A stretch of 64,000 nt of DNA from Thermoplasmataceae archaeon (GTDB lineage: Archaea; Thermoplasmatota; Thermoplasmata; Thermoplasmatales; Thermoplasmataceae). Shown here in pieces: positions 61,434 to 64,000 of this stretch. The translations under genes and the position numbers were made by a program. Where the stretch lies: assembly GCA_031961165.1 (NCBI GenBank), contig JAVRLU010000001.1, positions 10,636 through 74,635 of the forward strand, read 5' to 3'. The first letter of the stretch is position 1. The number at the start of each line of letters is the position of its first letter. The notes beneath the pieces were generated by a model that ran no database searches, was not told the origin of the DNA, and was given only the letters and a program-made list of their open reading frames with translations.

Positions 61434-62897
61434 ATGTCTAACAAGACCTATATGGAAAACCTCGAAAAGGGTGATATTTACCGGATAGTTGCGCTGATGG
61501 CATTCGCAGGAACGCTGATAGTTTATGTGGAAACAATGATAGTTCCGGCGATACCTGTATTTATTACCTTTTTCGATACAACTTATAACAACATATCCTG
61601 GATACTCACTGCATACCTTGTAACCGGAACTGTTGCAGCCGGGATTTTCGGAAAGCTTGGCGATGTATTCGGAAAGAGGCGTGTATTCCTGATCCTTTCT
61701 TTTATATACGCGGTTGCCGTGTCTCTCGGAGGTTTTGCGACAACACTTGACGAACTCGTTGCAATCCGCGTTGTTCAGGGCATAGGCTTCGGCATGTTTC
61801 CGCTCGCATTTGCAATAATCAACGATGTTGTGCCGAAGTCAAAGCTGGCACTGGCCCAGGGGCTGATGAGCGCAACATTTGCTGTGGGTGCAGGTATATC
61901 TCTTGTAATGGGTGCTTATATAACGGAATCATTCGGCTGGCAATGGTCTTTCCATACAATTGCCCCTGTTGCATTTGCCCTGTTTATCCTCTCATTTTTT
62001 TATCTGAAGGATGCCGCACCTCCCGTGAAGGAAAAAATAGATGTCTCGGGAGCGGGAATCATGGCGGTTGCCCTCGTGCCCTTAATATTCGCGCTTTCAG
62101 AAGGGAATCAGTACGGATGGGAATCCCCGCTGATCGTATCACTCTTCATTTTTTCCGCCATAGCTTTTTATTTGTTTGTTATTTACGAGGTGCGCAACAG
62201 TGATGCATTCATCGATATGCATCTTTTAAAAACAAGGAACATACTCATAGCAAATTTTGTAGGCCTGTTTACCATGGCTGGAATGTATTTCCTTCTCTTT
62301 ACCGTGCCAACGCTTCTCCAGGACCCTGCTCCCAGCGGTTTTGGCAGATCCATACTGGAATCGGGCTTGATAATGCTGCCCGCATCAGTTATGGCAATGG
62401 TTATAGCGCCTGTAGCAGCCAGGGTTACGGACGCAAAGGGACCAAGAACATCGATACTAACAGGGCTCTCAATAAGTTTCATGGCCTTTTTGATCCTCCT
62501 TCTGGACAGGTCTTCGGTAACGGATGTAATAATCGCAGCAACCATACTTGGCACCGGCTTTTCCTTTGTACTGGTCGGCATCATCAATTTGCTCCTGGTT
62601 TCGACGCCAAAATCCAAGGCTGGAGAGGCGACAGGCCTTAATACGGTATTCAGGGAACTTGGTATGACCGTAGCACCTGCTATTGGCGGGACATTCGAAA
62701 CAATGTTCTCTGTTCGAATTATCATAGGATTGATTCCTTACAGGTTCGGTGCGCTTACCTTCATTCCTGTTACATACGGTTTTCCGTCGCAGACAGCCTA
62801 CAATTTCACTTACATTACAGGGATCATATTCCTGCTCACTGCTATGCTGATTACGCTCCTTGTGAATAAGGAAGGTGAAAAGAATGAAAGTTTATAA
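61434..62897 (+). CDS. MFS transporter, DHA2 (EmrB/QacA-like, 14-TM) drug/H+ antiporter type
   Basis: Contains the GKLGDVFGKRRVF motif. The length (487 aa) and hydrophobic profile fit a 14-TM transporter. Confidence 0.82.
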   Translation: MSNKTYMENLEKGDIYRIVALMAFAGTLIVYVETMIVPAIPVFITFFDTTYNNISWILTAYLVTGTVAAGIFGKLGDVFGKRRVFLILSFIYAVAVSLGGFATTLDELVAIRVVQGIGFGMFPLAFAIINDVVPKSKLALAQGLMSATFAVGAGISLVMGAYITESFGWQWSFHTIAPVAFALFILSFFYLKDAAPPVKEKIDVSGAGIMAVALVPLIFALSEGNQYGWESPLIVSLFIFSAIAFYLFVIYEVRNSDAFIDMHLLKTRNILIANFVGLFTMAGMYFLLFTVPTLLQDPAPSGFGRSILESGLIMLPASVMAMVIAPVAARVTDAKGPRTSILTGLSISFMAFLILLLDRSSVTDVIIAATILGTGFSFVLVGIINLLLVSTPKSKAGEATGLNTVFRELGMTVAPAIGGTFETMFSVRIIIGLIPYRFGALTFIPVTYGFPSQTAYNFTYITGIIFLLTAMLITLLVNKEGEKNESL

Positions 62898-64000
62898 TAA
62901 GATGATAAGCGGAATGATAATATTTTCAATAGTAATGCTTGCTATAGCGTCGTCTGGAATGGTATCCCACGTTCCGGTCGCGGATAAAGCTGCACATAAT
63001 GCAGCTGCAGATCCAGATGCCGGGAACAGTGAAATGGTGGTTACCTCGGTTTCATGGTATTCACGTAATTCCACGGAGCTTCCGGCCCCGGGAAGTAATG
63101 GTATCCCGCTCTATGTTACCTTCGTTTCATATGAAACAATTTACGATGCAAACGTCTCATTGAATCTATCCGCATACAAATCTCCGTTTTCTTATACATA
63201 CATAAGCGGTCCGGATGCGCACGTGAGGACGTATAACACAATACCTGAAATTGTGCCAGGCCATTCATATACCATTATGCAGCTGGTCAATATAAGCAAG
63301 GACAGCACATATCAGTATTATGACGAGAACTTAACGTACAAAAATTCCACAATATCGGGAAATGTAACATTCACCATTCCGGTAGGGAATCCGCAGATAG
63401 GACTTATTACGTACATAACAAATCCCCCCGTTATATACCAGAATGAGAAGTTCATAGAACTGAGGGTATATACAGAGAACACAGGAACATCAGCCATGAG
63501 AGATGTCAATGTAAACATCACTTCCAGCTATTATGAAATCATTTCACCGGAGGGATACTCAATAGCCTATTATCCGGACGGTGATCTCCTGAACTTCACG
63601 TTTTACATCAACGCGTACAATGTAACGGGAAATGCGCCTATATACCTGCATATTGATAATAATACGTATACACTGGATACTTATATACACGTCAACGGGA
63701 ATGCTGGGCTATCCATATCGGTGCATAAAAAATCCCTTATCTCAGATACTAAGAAACAGGTAATGACATTCTACTTAAACGATACGGGAAACAAAACTTA
63801 TTTGGACGTGCAGGTGCATATGCTCTCCCCGAGCATAATATCGATACATGTATCTTCATCCAATCCTCTTGGCGCCCTGACGGCAAACAATATAACATTT
63901 GCACAGATTAAACCCGGAAACAGCATTACTGTTACGTACGTGGTTGATACATCGAATGCTCCCCCGGGGAATTATACGGTAGAGCTTCTGGTAGAATACC
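62884..64000 (+). CDS. Secreted/surface protein with repeated beta-sandwich (CARDB / COG1361 S-layer-domain-like) modules, rich in N-glycosylation sequons; runs off the right edge (partial)
   Basis: It is absent from the ORF track because no stop is reached. Hand translation gives MKVYNKMISGMIIFSIVMLAIASSG (signal) followed by repeated ...PG.SYT....V.....PPGNYTVELLVEY-type modules. It overlaps the MFS gene by 14 nt. Confidence 0.7.
   Translation, partial: MKVYNKMISGMIIFSIVMLAIASSGMVSHVPVADKAAHNAAADPDAGNSEMVVTSVSWYSRNSTELPAPGSNGIPLYVTFVSYETIYDANVSLNLSAYKSPFSYTYISGPDAHVRTYNTIPEIVPGHSYTIMQLVNISKDSTYQYYDENLTYKNSTISGNVTFTIPVGNPQIGLITYITNPPVIYQNEKFIELRVYTENTGTSAMRDVNVNITSSYYEIISPEGYSIAYYPDGDLLNFTFYINAYNVTGNAPIYLHIDNNTYTLDTYIHVNGNAGLSISVHKKSLISDTKKQVMTFYLNDTGNKTYLDVQVHMLSPSIISIHVSSSNPLGALTANNITFAQIKPGNSITVTYVVDTSNAPPGNYTVELLVEY

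Overview
The window is a compact, gene-dense archaeal chromosome segment with no IS element, integrase, CRISPR array or rRNA gene. Coding regions run about 45-50% GC and spacers are AT-rich. The gene content points to Thermoplasmatales, most likely a Thermoplasma-like organism. Supporting genes are a 745-aa VAT/CDC48 ending in GLYL, aEF-1alpha, uS10, aEF-2, two Orc1/Cdc6 paralogs, primase PriS, TFS, Alba, pyruvoyl arginine decarboxylase, archease, a Tes-like radical SAM enzyme, a class-III-signal pilin-like protein and heavily N-glycosylation-sequon-rich surface proteins. I call about 58 protein genes, including two sub-60-aa genes and two edge-truncated genes that the ORF track misses. I also call two tRNA-Leu genes (UAA and CAG anticodons) and one APC permease split by a frameshift in an A7 run. 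Most of the window is housekeeping. The best candidate for something not well understood is at 40.2-43.8 kb. There, two tightly coupled small orphan genes precede a short PolB2-type family-B DNA polymerase with a degenerate exonuclease domain and an altered motif C. That polymerase gene converges on, and overlaps by 41 nt, a second Orc1/Cdc6 gene whose upstream spacer has origin-like features. Other items worth a second look:
- a 95-aa protein with a ribosomal-stalk-like C-terminal tail
- a MoaD-like beta-grasp protein without the terminal Gly-Gly
- an AlaX-like protein whose zinc ligands are substituted
- a locally GC-rich orphan gene next to tRNA-Leu(UAA)
- a polyprenyl synthase / ArsA-Hsp20 / small-ORF operon
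- a membrane-anchored S53 sedolisin of about 1087 aa
- several unusually long ORF-free spacers containing stop-riddled reading frames

All functional calls come from motif recognition by eye; no database search was possible.
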